A DNA stretch of 64,000 bases, taken from the NCBI RefSeq assembly GCF_009914755.1, contig NC_060925.1. One strand, written 5' to 3'. The notes below the pieces were generated by a model. That model saw nothing but the letters and a program-made list of their open reading frames with translations, did no database searches and had not been told where the DNA came from. A program made the position numbers and the translations under genes. Shown here piece after piece: positions 25,801 to 38,400 of this stretch. The stretch's first letter is position 1; every line of letters begins with the position of its first letter. The stretch comes from the human T2T-CHM13v2.0 reference genome, Homo sapiens.

Positions 25801-28800
25801 GCTCCAGAAATAGATGCTATCATATGCATATCTTATTCTAGAAATAAATCAATGCAAATCTATGTCAAAGGGGGGATAAAAAAGAAAAGGTGAAGTTGAA
25901 ATGCTAGAATTGCCCTGGTAGGCTCTGGAGGAAAGGGATAACAGGGTCAGGAAAATGCTAGAATGAATATTCAATGTACAGTTGAAAGACCCTGTAGATG
26001 AGTATGCTCCACACGGAAGCCAGAAGACACCAAGGCCATTATGTATGTGCTAAAACAATGACACGGCATCAGTAAAAATTCCCTGATAGCTCTCTGGGCA
26101 AGAACCAGAAGGGGGACAGGCTGTTACAGATTGTGTCCCACTGATGTCAGTGTGGATAATAAGATTTCAAAATATTAGGAACAAAGGGGCAATGCGTCAT
26201 TGTCAGAATCTAATGGGGTTGTACTTTTATTTTTTGGTAATGAAAGCTATATCAGAGTGATAAACAAGAAATTCTGACCCACAGATGGTTATGGAGATGT
26301 TAATAAAAGACGACACCAGTGGGGGCAAAATAAACAGACTGCCAACATGAGTACTACTCAGATTTTAGCAGCAAAAGAACTCAAAGTTAGATGACCAGAA
26401 GATTGAGGGCAGTCACAGCAATAAAAATTCATGATCCCTTTCCCAGTTTCCAGACCTGAGCCAGTTTTCAGACAAAGAACCCATTCAGTGAAGATGTGGC
26501 ACTGACTAGGAGTAAGGACTCCACAATTATATGGTAAGTGTACATGATAATGATTCCTCCAGTCCTTCCCTACAGGGATTATGGCCATTTGATTGGGGAA
26601 ATTAAATATCTAGATAATTTGATGGCTGTTGGACACAAGATTTAAGTTGAAGTTGATATCCAGAGCCCATCATCATGGTCTCCTTGTTAGAGTAGGGCAT
26701 ATAGGGGACATATGACACATGATTAAATTAAGTTGCGGTTAGGGTCCATCTTATAGAGTATCTACTAATGGTCATCTCTCTTGTCCTCAAATGTACAATC
26801 AAGAATGACACTTGGGAGTTGGATCTTTGGTCACTGGGGTCAGAGCTATCACACAGCATGAGGCCAAGTGAATGTCCCTGAACCTGCTCCTTCCATCCTT
26901 CAACAAAGATAGCGAATCAAAATCACTATTTAATCCTGGGAGTGGGAGATGGAGTCAGAAATTAGTGCCACCCTTATAGATTTCACGAATGTAGAGGTAT
27001 TTGTTCTCATAACATTATTATTTAATTTACTAGTCTGAACCCTGGAAAAACAAGATGGATTCTGAAAGATAACTACAAGCTTAACCCAGAAATAGTCCCT
27101 TTTTGCATCTGTCATGCCAGATGTAGTATATTGCTAGAGCAGATTAATATGGCCTAAGGAACTTGGTATAAAGCCATTATTCTGGAAAATGTATTATTTT
27201 CTATCTCAGTCAGAAAAGACAATCAGAAACAGTTCACATTTACATGGATTGAACAACAATATTAATTTATAGTTTTGCCTCAGGGCTATGTTAACTCTTC
27301 TGCCCTCTGCTATAATATAGTCTAAAGAGATCTGCACCATCTGGATAACCCACAGTACTTCCCATTAATCCATTACATCAATGATATTATATTGATCATG
27401 CCAGATGAGCAAGAGGTAGCTAACATTCTGAAGGCCTTGGAAGAACACATGCATTCCAGAGGATGTGAAATAGAACCTGTGAAGCTTAAAGGGTCAGGCT
27501 GTCCAAAACTATTTGAAGAGTCCTAAGTGAAGAATAAATACTGCATTTTGTACCTCCTAACACAAAGAAGGGAATACAATGTCCTAGCGGGTATTTGCAT
27601 TCTAAAAGGTAATCTATTCATTTAATACTTAGAAATGTACTAGTTGACACACACAAAAAAAGTTGAACAAAATTTGAGTGAAACCAGAGTAGAAAGGGCT
27701 CTGAAGAGGTTCAGGCTAAGGTGCAACAGCCCCACCACTTGGACCACGTAATTTGGTGAAGCCTGCAGTGTTGGAGCTATCAGTGATGGGAAAAAATACC
27801 ATATGATATCTGTGGCAAGTCCTAGTGAAAAAATCACAACACAGGCCTCTACGGACCTGTAGACATCATGACATTTGTAGCAAAACTGTATGCCCTTTGA
27901 AAAATATGTCCTGGTAGAGACAGAGCACCTGACCATGCAGCTCCAAACGATGATTATCAGAAATTACACAAGAAAGAGATACATTTGAGATGAAGCATGA
28001 GTGGGACAGGCAGACATAAGCAAGCAACATGAGCAGATAATTCAGAACCCCATGGCAGCACTATTGCACCAGCAACTCCTCCCACAACCAGGTCACATAG
28101 GAGGTCAGGTATGACCAACTAATAAAGGGGGAAGTGATTTTAATTTGGTTTCCAGAAGGGTTTTTTTTTGTATGTGAGTGTGAGCCAAAAATGGACAGCA
28201 GCTACACTATAGACTTATACTGTATGCTTGAAAGACAGTAGTGAGGGAAAATTATTTCAGTGAGTGAGGGCTTTAGGCAGTGCAACTGGTCTTCTACTTC
28301 ATGTGGAAAGAGAAGTGGCACATAAAGTAGCCAAGAGGTGGCCTATGCAAATGGCCTGGAAGCAAAAGGCTAGACTGTCACAGACAAGGATGAATGAGGT
28401 AGAAACACATCGATGGACCTATAGGATTGCACAAAATGAGAAGATCTACGTATTATATGTTGATATCTACTATAGAACACCTGCAATGAAAGAGGCATTT
28501 AACAACCAAGTGGACAAAATGATCTAGCCAGCTACTGCCAGCTAGCCGCTATCATTGATTTCATGAGTGCTGGAACAATCAGCACATAAACAAAGTGTCT
28601 ATGATGTCAAATATGAATACTACACATGGGTCCAACGGCATCAGCTCCCACTTGTCAAGGCTGATCTAGCTCCTGTTGCTGCTCAGTGTCCAACTGCCCC
28701 CAACAAGCTAATCCTGAGCCCTCATTATGGCATCATTGCTTGAGGAGACTGGACACATGAGGGCAGGTTGACTGCATTGTTTCCCTTGCATTCTGGAAAG

Positions 28801-30664
28801 GTCAGTGGTTTATTCTCACTGGAATAGATTCATTCCATATAGAGCTTTGTGTTTCCTGCCATTTGGGCCTGCCTTGGCCAGTTCCACTATTAAAGGCTCA
28901 CAGCGTGTTTGGGCCACTAGCATGGAATCCCATTCACAAGGGCTCCTCTTTTACAGCCAAAGAGGTACATGAATGGACTTATGACTACAGGACCCACTAG
29001 TTGTATTGCACACTAAATCCAGACTGCTGACCATATAATGTATTAGAACCGCCTGCTGAAAGCATAGCTGAAATGCCAGATTGCAGGCAATAGTCTGAGA
29101 GGAGAGAGTGCCATCCTCCAAAATCTAGAACATGCATTCAATCAAAGACCTTTATATGGTGCTGCGTCCCTGTTAGGAAGAATACAAAGGTCTAGGAATC
29201 AAGGGGTGGCATTCCTAATGTACCTCTATGTAAACATGGAAGCTGCCCTTGATCTCTACAATGCATACTTCGGAATCAGGCTCAAATATCCCAATGTATA
29301 GAGTAATGGAGATGCTTCCTCCAGAGTCCCAATTTCTGCATCATTTTTTTTTTTTTTTTTGCCCAGAATTAAACATTTCTTCACAGGATTATGAATAGTG
29401 AGACATCCATTCCCTTCTGGAGAAAACCAAATCTCCACTCAATAAGGTGTGATCTAAATATGATCCCAAATTATTTCAAAGTTGACTTTGCTTCATTCCA
29501 CCATATCCATGATAACCTTGTTATATCCTTTCTCTCATTTTGGGTAGAAGAAACTGTGATAGGGAATTGAAGTTGAGAGGTAAATAAACTTTTAATGTTT
29601 AGAGAATATTTGCTTTTCTGTGTAAAAAAGAAAACACGCTTTGCATTTCCAGGTGATCCTTGCTGCCAAAACTGATAAAAATTGACTTGGCAATTTTGAT
29701 AAATTTTATCCTCTATTCTCAGCACACTTTTTTCTTACTTCATAGCATCTCAGACCTGAGCCTGTAATCTAAGGACAGGTTACCTAAATTTCAAGAAACT
29801 TACAGCTTCACACCAGAGTTTCCAGTCCATGTTTTGTTTCTTTTTCCATATTTCCAGAATTTTTATATCCTTAAGAAAAGCCTGTACAGATAAAGTGTTG
29901 AGAAAACAGTAGCAATGATAGCAGATTTACCACCTGCCCATTTACTGCCTGCAGATTTACGGCCAACGCCGCCTATTTTGCCATCTGGGTCAAAGTCATA
30001 TTTTCAGTGGAAATATGTTGGTAAGTTATTGCTGGCATTTTTTACATGCAGGTGGTGATCACACAGGTTTTATGGCACTTTCATAACTGTGCGTCTGACT
30101 GAAGTGCACAGAAGCTGATCTTTTGTGAATGTCTACAGAAGCAATTCAATGAAATGAAATGCAGTCTATTCATTACATTTACCAGTGTGGGAGGAACTCC
30201 TTAAACATAAAATATAATCCTGAGAAAGGTGCCAAGTCATCTATCCTGTTTGTTTCCAGAGGATACATTGTGGTACACAGAAAAAAAAATTGGCTACTCT
30301 TGCACAGTGAGGCTAGTGATACCAAGAGAGTTTCAGAGTTGATGGTAGATATTTGTTCAGAATAGGGCAAAACCTAGTTAATTTTGATGCATTAGCCACT
30401 GCAATTTTCTCAAACACTTTTTTTATTGAAAATATGGGCAGTTCATTTGTTTCTTTTGCTAAATATATAAATACATTGTGAAGGAGAGATAAGATCATAA
30501 AAAAAAAAACTGGAGAGTGAAAAAGGCATGGGACTCAAAATCAGAAGACCTGGATTCTTAAGAAAATTCTATAATGTGAGAGCCATATAATCTTACCCAT
30601 TATATTGAGCCTCACTTTTCTCTTTTGCAAATGGAGAAAGGAGGTGACAACAGAAAGTACATAC

Positions 30665-31405
30665 TTTTTAACATCTAAGTATAATTTACATGCACCAATC
30701 CAGCCTTAAGTGTTCAAAGCAATGAATTTTGACAACTGTAAACTATTGTGTAATCATCATCCAAAACAAGTTATAGAATATTTCCATTCACTCCAGTGCC
30801 CCTTTCTAGTCAGTCTCTGTTCCTCTCCACACATAGAAGAAGCAAGAACTTCTGATTTCTGTTACCATAAATAGTTTGGGCTATTTTGTACTTCATACAA
30901 ATGGAATCATCTAACTTCTTTTGCCCACCAGAATGTCTGTAAGATTTGTCCACACTGCATGTGTCGTTGATTTATTCTTAGTTATTACTGATTATATAAT
31001 AGTCCAATACCTGAATAATCAACAATTTACCCATCTATTCTCTTATTTATGGATATTTGAGTTGTTTTTAGTTTTTGATTTTGTGAATTAGACTGCTTTT
31101 GTTATTCATGTACAAGTTTTTGTGGATATGTTTTCATTTATCTTGGGTAAATATCTAGGTGTGGAATTTCTAGGTCATAACACAGCTGTTTTCAACTTTA
31201 TAAGAAACTACCAAACTATTCTCCAAAAGGATGGCACCATTTTAAATACTCACCAGTAGCTCTAATTGTTCCATATCTCTGTCAACACTTGGTATTATCA
31301 GTCTTTTTGATTTTAGTCATTCTGGGGGATGTAAAATAGTATTTCATTGTGGTTTCAATTTGCATTTTCTAGATGGCTAATGAGGTAGAGCTTCTTTTCA
31401 TATGT
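30665..31405 (-). mobile_element. Ancient L1M (L1MC/MD/ME) 3' fragment
   Basis: 'aatgaattttgacaa', 'cttgggtaaatatctagg', 'tttcattgtggtttcaatttgcatttt' antisense L1 3' features. Confidence 0.85.
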
Positions 31406-31724
31406 AAATCACAAAGAAATTAGATGTGGTTTAAATCTCCTTCAGAAAACAGTCTGAGTTCTATTCTCCTCTGTTTTTAATAGGCATTTTACAACTCATC
31501 TGTGTAGTTTTTAAAATCTCTGCATGCTTTGGTCCCACTTCTACACATTTTCATTCAGAAGATTTAGCATAAGCCTCTTTAAAATATGATTCTGATTCAC
31601 AAAGGAACCACTGGATTATGCTCCAGGTATCTGACAGGTTTTCAATACTACTAGTATGTTTATTATAGCATAAAAGGGCAATATAAAAATAATTAAGAAC
31701 ATCAACTTTATAATAAACAAGACT

Positions 31725-31930
31725 AGATATTGAATCCTTGTCTGCACTTCCTCTCTATGGAATTTTGTGCAAGGTGTGGAATCTCTCTAAATCTCAGCTT
31801 CTTAATCTATAAATTGAGAGGAATTACAATACTTACAGATTTATGAAAAGGATCACATGTGATTATGCATGTAAAATGGTTACCATTCTTCCTAACTCAT
31901 AATAAACACTCAATGTATATTAGAAAGAAG
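31725..31930 (+). mobile_element. MIR
   Basis: 'tctctaaatctcagcttcttaatctataaattgagagg' MIR core. Confidence 0.55.
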
Positions 31931-34900
31931 AAAATATGTATGTAGATAGATAGATAGAATTATATAGTAAAGAACTAGCTAAACAAGTTAGAACGTCTAA
32001 TTTTAGTATTGTGACATGTATCCCTTTTACTACTATTATTTAGCCTATCATTCACTTCAGATTGTCTCCCAAAACACCTTTCTTACATCGTTTTACCTGT
32101 CTCTCACATATAGAATTTTCATTGTCCCAGGTATTGGCATTCTCAGCTTTCATACGCCACAAAGAAGATGCATGATAGAAGATACGCCTCTATCGGCTGT
32201 TTGATTTACCAGTGCCAGGTCTCCTGGATGCTCTCTGGTTTCCTCCCACAGTTCCCTCTTTCCATCTGATGTTCTCATCTAAAATTGTTTGGATTTTAGT
32301 TTCTGGATTCTCAGTTTTCTTTTCCGTTCCCTGTATACATTGAATGAACATATGCAATCAAGTGTGTTCTCTGTCACTCTGCTCTGTCTTTCCCTATTTT
32401 TCAACTATGAATCTATATATCTCTACTCCAGTAGCAACTTTCATGATGATAGAGTTTTGATTATCACAATAAAGTTTACTTTTCTTACCACAATAACCAT
32501 GATTCTACCTGCTAATCATTCCTTTCACTAAATCTTCTCTCTCTCTTTTAATGAAAATATATGTCACTCAAGACTCATTCTGGCTTTGCATTTTGTTTGT
32601 TTTGTTTTACAATCAGCTGCTGCTTCCCACTTAAGTGGGTCTTTTTTCCTTTACCTGAACAATTTGCAAATAACATGATGCACACTTTCTGAAAAGAGAT
32701 ATAAGTAGATTTCCATTTCCTTAATATTATATGCGAGCCTATGGAAGTAAGGAAGAAAGATTCTTCCCCTTTTTTTCTGTGTAAAGAAGTGTGTTTGCAC
32801 TGACTTGGTTTGAACCTCACAACAAAGTTTTTGTTATTCATTTGTACTAAAATACACATTCCAAGAAAAAAATTGTTTTTGAATTGTTAAATTTTCACTT
32901 ACTGACAAGGGCAGGGATAGCTAGTTACCTACATAATTACATTTCTAAAATGTTAAAATGAAATGACTCCTTTTATGGAATACATTTTAATGCATTTGTA
33001 AGACCAGGGGATAATGACAAAGGTAAAAAGAACATTCATTAAACTAACTGGGGAGTGGTAAGCAAATAGCATTTTATTAATGATGAGCGTCAACATTTCT
33101 CTAGTGAAGAAAGGTGAAAACAACTAGTGTTAAATAATAGGGCCTTTAGCAAGCGATTGCTTTTAAGCTTATACTTTTGCTAAGAGCAGTTGCCACTATT
33201 GGCTTTTCTCCTTTCACAGTGGTTTCCCAAAACATGAGACTTGTGATGAAATCCAGTTTGGTATGGCTTCCCAGTAAATAGCCAATGACTTTGCAGAAAA
33301 AAAAGGAGCTTTTTTTTCTATTCTATTGTGTTCTGTTTTATGAAAAAAAAAGAGGGAGCAGAGAGAAAAATAAAAAGTCTTTCCTTTAAAAAAATATAAA
33401 GCTTTTTACTACCAAGAGATAGAAACAATCTCATTTACCATTGATGGGTAAAATTTGATAGATTGCTGATAATTCTCAAAAGAATGACTAGCTTTCCATT
33501 TGCCAAGTAAATTAAAGGGTCTACGACTCTTACCAACAAGAATCTTGTCACACAACTCTATTCAATCAATGAAAAAGCTGACTCTCGGTAGATAATCACT
33601 CTTTAATCTCTAATGCCATAGATTTTTCCTTACAGTTTGTGACTCACTGTTTTCATGGAAAATACAAAAAAAGAGAAGAATAGGACCAGTATTTGCTGAA
33701 TCCCTTTCCTCAGTGTCTCATGTTTTTTATTATTGTTCTCAACTGAGAAAATACAGAAATTACAAACAAACAAAACAATAACAAAATTGCTTTCTAAAAC
33801 ATTTGTTTCCAAAATTAACTAGATAAAGACAAGAATGGGCAACACAGAATTTTTGCTTTTTTGTTTTTTCTAAAATTATGCTCCCTCCTTGGATCAGAAT
33901 TTTTATGTAACTATACCGCGAGAGAGACAGGTATGAAAAAACAGCATGATATCTTCAAGGTTTTTTTCTTTATCCCAATTGACCCAGATAAAAAATACAA
34001 ATCCTATGTCAATGATAAAGATGTAAAAAAGAGAAGGAAAAAAAGAAAATGGAACCAAATGAAACGTCAGGTGAACAGTTAAGTAAATACGTATTTCATT
34101 TCTTATAGATTCTGAAAGAATTCAATAATTTCTTTAAAACACATCTAAAATCTCAGAATCAACTGAAGAGCAGCATTTGCTTTTAAAGCCAGAGGGATAT
34201 TTAAATTACAGAATTATCCCATATAATACTGTGAAATAACTGCTATAGTAGAGATAGGAACTGAATATTTTGGGGTAATGGGAATTGAATAAATAATTAG
34301 TTGCTCTTGCTCTGTATTGTAATTCTTTACCTCTCTTATTCTGCAATGAAGCTGTGGATTTCAGAGAAGGAATGTTTTTCTTTATGTCCAAAGTGTTTAG
34401 TTCAGTTCTCTGCTCAATGTTAGTATTCAATAAATGTTTGAAAATTGTTTTATCCCTGAATTAGTTCTACTCTTCATCCTTTCATATGGAAAGCAGGGGT
34501 AGGAATAGGAAAAATTAAGGAAAAGGATATAATAAAGAGAAAATAGCACATGTATTTTAGGTTCCTGGGAGCAAGTCAGAAACACACCCTGTTGTTGCTA
34601 TATAGGTTTTTGACCTTTTGTTTTTCTCCCATGACAAAATATAGGTTCTCTTTCCTTTCTTATTTTTCCTTTGTCTCGCTCTCTTTTTCTTTCTTTCATG
34701 TTCAGTATACAATCCACACAGCTCCTCACAATTTCACTGTCTTTTCACTCTTCTAATGAGTATGTGGGTCATGTCTGTGGGATACAAGTCCACATTGTTT
34801 TGTCTTTCCCAGTAACCTATGCCTATTGCCATCAGAGACCAAATTCTTGAGTTTCTAACTTTCTAGCAAGGTACACCTGCTGTCCTGCACTCCACAGGAG

Positions 34901-35767
34901 CTGCTGTTTGTTCTGATTCTGTGTCATTATTTACTGCCTGCAGTGTGAGCTCTGCTCCTTCAAGGAAAAAAAGGTTTGGCTTATGTTTTCCTCCCAATCA
35001 ATGCACAATGAACACTACTGACGGCTGAGCCATGAGACAAGGCTGAGGGCAGAGAGTCAAGGGCCTGTGTATGTATTTCAGGGCAGGTTCATTTCCCAGG
35101 GAAAAAAGAGGAAAACACTATCACGTTTGGAAATTGTGTAACATCCATATAGTTTAACCCTCCTTTTCATTCTCACAGTCTATTGCTACTATCTAAAGTC
35201 TGAATCCAAATTAAGTTGGCAGGGAACCTTCAATATACTTTGTGATTTTTTAATAGTTCCTGAGTTTGCAGGATATAGGAGTTTTTCTGGAGTTGGCTAT
35301 TATATGAAATCAAACTGAAATTAATTAGTATTAAATCCTCAACGTTTTTTGTTGTATCATATTTTCCTTTGAGTTTTTTTTCCTATGAAAAAATTAAACT
35401 GAAATCTTCATTTCTTTTGAGATTTAACAGATATTGGTTCCAGCATATCTCTGGCATCACCAACCAGTAAGTAAAATTATGTTCCATTCCCAGCAATACT
35501 CCAAATCTCAATGCAATAAGCTCCTATCAAACTGATGAGGCAGACAACCAGTCTTTTTCAGAGATACCACACTCCAATTATTTCCAACAGGGGGTTCTGA
35601 TATATAATCAGAGCTGCTGCCTACAGCTCTGCAATACCTCAGGCCTAGACTCTAAGGTCCCGAACACCCGTTTGGTTTCTTGACCGCTGTAGTCCAGCCC
35701 ATAATTTAGTGCTCACTTCTACCAAAATCGAAACGATCAAAGCTTTCCTCTCTCTTTAGTCAGCTAG

Positions 35768-35870
35768 GAAAAACAAAAAACAAAACAAAACAAAACAAAA
35801 CCCAAAAAACAAAAAAACGTAAACAAAACGAAACAGAAACAAAATATAATACAACAACACAATCAAAAAA
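35768..35870. repeat. (CAAAA)n low-complexity tract
   Basis: Read directly. Confidence 0.85.
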
Positions 35871-36444
35871 CGCTGTTCCCTTTAACAAGGTCTTTCAGAG
35901 ATTTTCACAGCATACTCTTATGGTCCACAGTGAAATGTGTAGTTCCATCCTAAATATTGCAGCACAATCCTTCTCAAGGTGGTTTGGCCAGGGAACTGTT
36001 AGGCACAGCCTTTTATTACTTAAAATAACTACCTCCCCCAAGGTGTTTGCATGTATAGTCTGCCTACCTTTAACAGATTTCTTTACTCACTGGGAATTTT
36101 TTTTCAGTAACCTCATTAATCCTTTCCTCTGGTCTAATCTTCTTTAGGGACACTAGCCCATGACAAAAGATTTACACAAATCGGACCCCAATTGTGGGCT
36201 AAATTCAAATTTTCTTCCACAGGACTCTGGGGCCCCTATAGATCAAGAAATAGGACTTTTCATCTTTATCAGGGTCTCCAAACATTTCAAAACCTCAAAA
36301 GATCTCTGGGGCAGGGATGGTAAAGTGTTACTGCAGTGTTACTTTTATATCTGACTCATTTATTTATTATTTCATTCATTCATATAGCAGACATTTCCTG
36401 AATATCTACTTGGTGTTCAGCATTGCTCTGGACTAAGTTGAAAA

Positions 36445-36655
36445 AGTGTTTTCTATAAAAGGGGCTAATAGTAAATATTTTCAGCTTTGTGAACCATAAT
36501 ATCTGTCACAACTATTCAATTCTGCTATTGTTACAAAAAAACCAGTCATAGGCAATATGTAAATTAATGGGAGTGGCTGTGTTGAATAAAATTTTAATTA
36601 AAAAAAAATAGGCCGTGCGTCAGACTTGGCCTACAAATGGTACCTTGTTGATTGC
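36445..36655. mobile_element. MER58A-like hAT MITE inside an antisense L2 tail
   Basis: 'tagtaaatattttcagctttgtg..acaactattcaattctgc..ggctgtgtt'. L2 tail 'ttcattcattcat' at 36370. Confidence 0.75.
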
Positions 36656-37629
36656 ATTCTTGACACTAGTGATAAACCAACAACAACAAAAAGAAACAAA
36701 ACTCCCTGCTGTATTGTAACTTACATACCAGATATGTAAGTAAAGCAGTTAGTTCAATGTTAGTAAGAGTCAAAGAAAAAAACAGAGCCAGAAAGGAGGA
36801 TAGGGAATAAACAGGTAGGTCTGAAAATACCCATTTCATTAGGATACTACTCGACTTTGTTCCACATTGAAATTTCCCTCTCTCAGCCACTTTGTAAACT
36901 TTGTAAAGTTTAGATTTTAGTTGTTATAATTCAATCATTCGTTCAGTAGATATTCACTTAGTATTCATTACATGCCATAAATATTAGTATTTATCACACG
37001 CAATACATAACACCATGTGTTATGGGGAGACACAATTATATAAGCCAAATTTCCTGCTTTTAAGATCACACCATAGTTGTGGGAAAAAAAAAATGTGTAC
37101 CATTTGGAGATAGGAATTCTTGGAATATGTTAAACTGTTAGATTAGAAAACGTTTCTAAAGACCAGCTCCCACATTTCTTAATGTAGCCTTCAACATGAG
37201 TCCATTGCATGAACTAATGAAAATAGAAACTATAGTAGCCTTCTTTGACTGGATGGGTCTATGAATAAAGATGTAAACAGAAAAACAGTATGCTGTCTTT
37301 TAGGACAGTGTCTTTTAGGACAGCCAGTTGTTGCTGGGACAGACACTGGAAATTTCATGTTCATTCAAATCACCAAGTACTCAATATCACTGTGTTTGGC
37401 ACTATCAAAGGATCAAGGTGGGAATACAATGTGGTTTCTGCCCCTAGGGAGTTTTTAGAGAGAAAAAAATTGCAAATAAAGGTGTTAGATTGTTTGAGTG
37501 GATAAAAGCTACCCTAGTTTGGGGTCATTCATGTTACTCATTATATTCCTCATCTTTACATACACAATGTATTGTTAAACTTCTATTCTGGTTTAGAGTT
37601 AAGCATTTTAAAAAGGGAAAAATTTATAC

Positions 37630-38400
37630 CTGACATGTTTTCATGGAGAACCTACTGTGAGTCAAATACTTCTGGGCACATGGGGTTATAAGATCGGGCA
37701 TGAAAAATTGTTTTCTGTCATCAGAGGGCTCATTATTGTGTGTGAGACACAATCCTGTAAGCAGACAATTACAGCACAATGCAATAGTTGCTGTGACATA
37801 CTATTAGTGGATGCTACAAAAACACAAAGGATGTGAATATTGGCTAGAGGACAGTGGGAGGATCGAACTCATGTTGGTCCCTGGGGATGTAGGAGGATTT
37901 CTATAGAGAGGAAAGACCAAGGATATTTTGGGCTGAGACAAAAAGAAAAAAAAAACGCAATGAGGCAAGAATGAGCATACTGCTTTTAAGTGTGGTGTCT
38001 ATGGAGCACTGTGGGCTGAGTGGGAGCCCTGGTTTGAAGGAAGTAGGGAGTACTGACTAGAATGCATTTTTTTAATATGGTAAGAGGAAACAACTCTGGG
38101 TTTTGAACGGGGAGTAACAGAATGAAAGTAGGACTTTAGGAACACTGGACTGATGTAAGTACGCAAGATGGATTAGAGATGGTAGAGACTCGAGTGAGAA
38201 AAATCAACTGAGCACCCCTGTGATAATCATAAGCCTAGATTAGTGAGAGAGTAATGGGAAAGGAGAGAAGGGCAGAAGCTGAAAGACAGTTCAAAGGAGG
38301 AAATGACAGGACTCAATGACAGACTGAATACTAGGTTTGAATGAGAGGGAAGAATAAAAGATAGCCTGGAAGAATAGTGATACCGGTGACAGAATCAACA
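37630..38400 (-). mobile_element. L2 fragment
   Basis: Purine-rich antisense L2: 'cctactgtgagtcaa', 'gaaatgacaggactcaatgacagactgaat'. Confidence 0.6.

Larger units (their letters stand above)
23677..29210 (+). mobile_element. HERV16/ERV3-16A3-like internal region (gag-pol relic) with nested insertions; no 3' LTR seen
   Basis: RT motifs in one frame: LPQGYVNS (27275-27298) and HYINDI (27371-27388, decayed YIDD). Integrase-like CPTx/QVD/ILTGID remnants at 28685-28830. Confidence 0.8.

Noticed and set aside
29940-34943. Identical 15-mer ATTTACTGCCTGCAG at 29940 and 34929
   Set aside because: One or two exact 15-mer matches are expected by chance in 64 kb, and homology does not extend.
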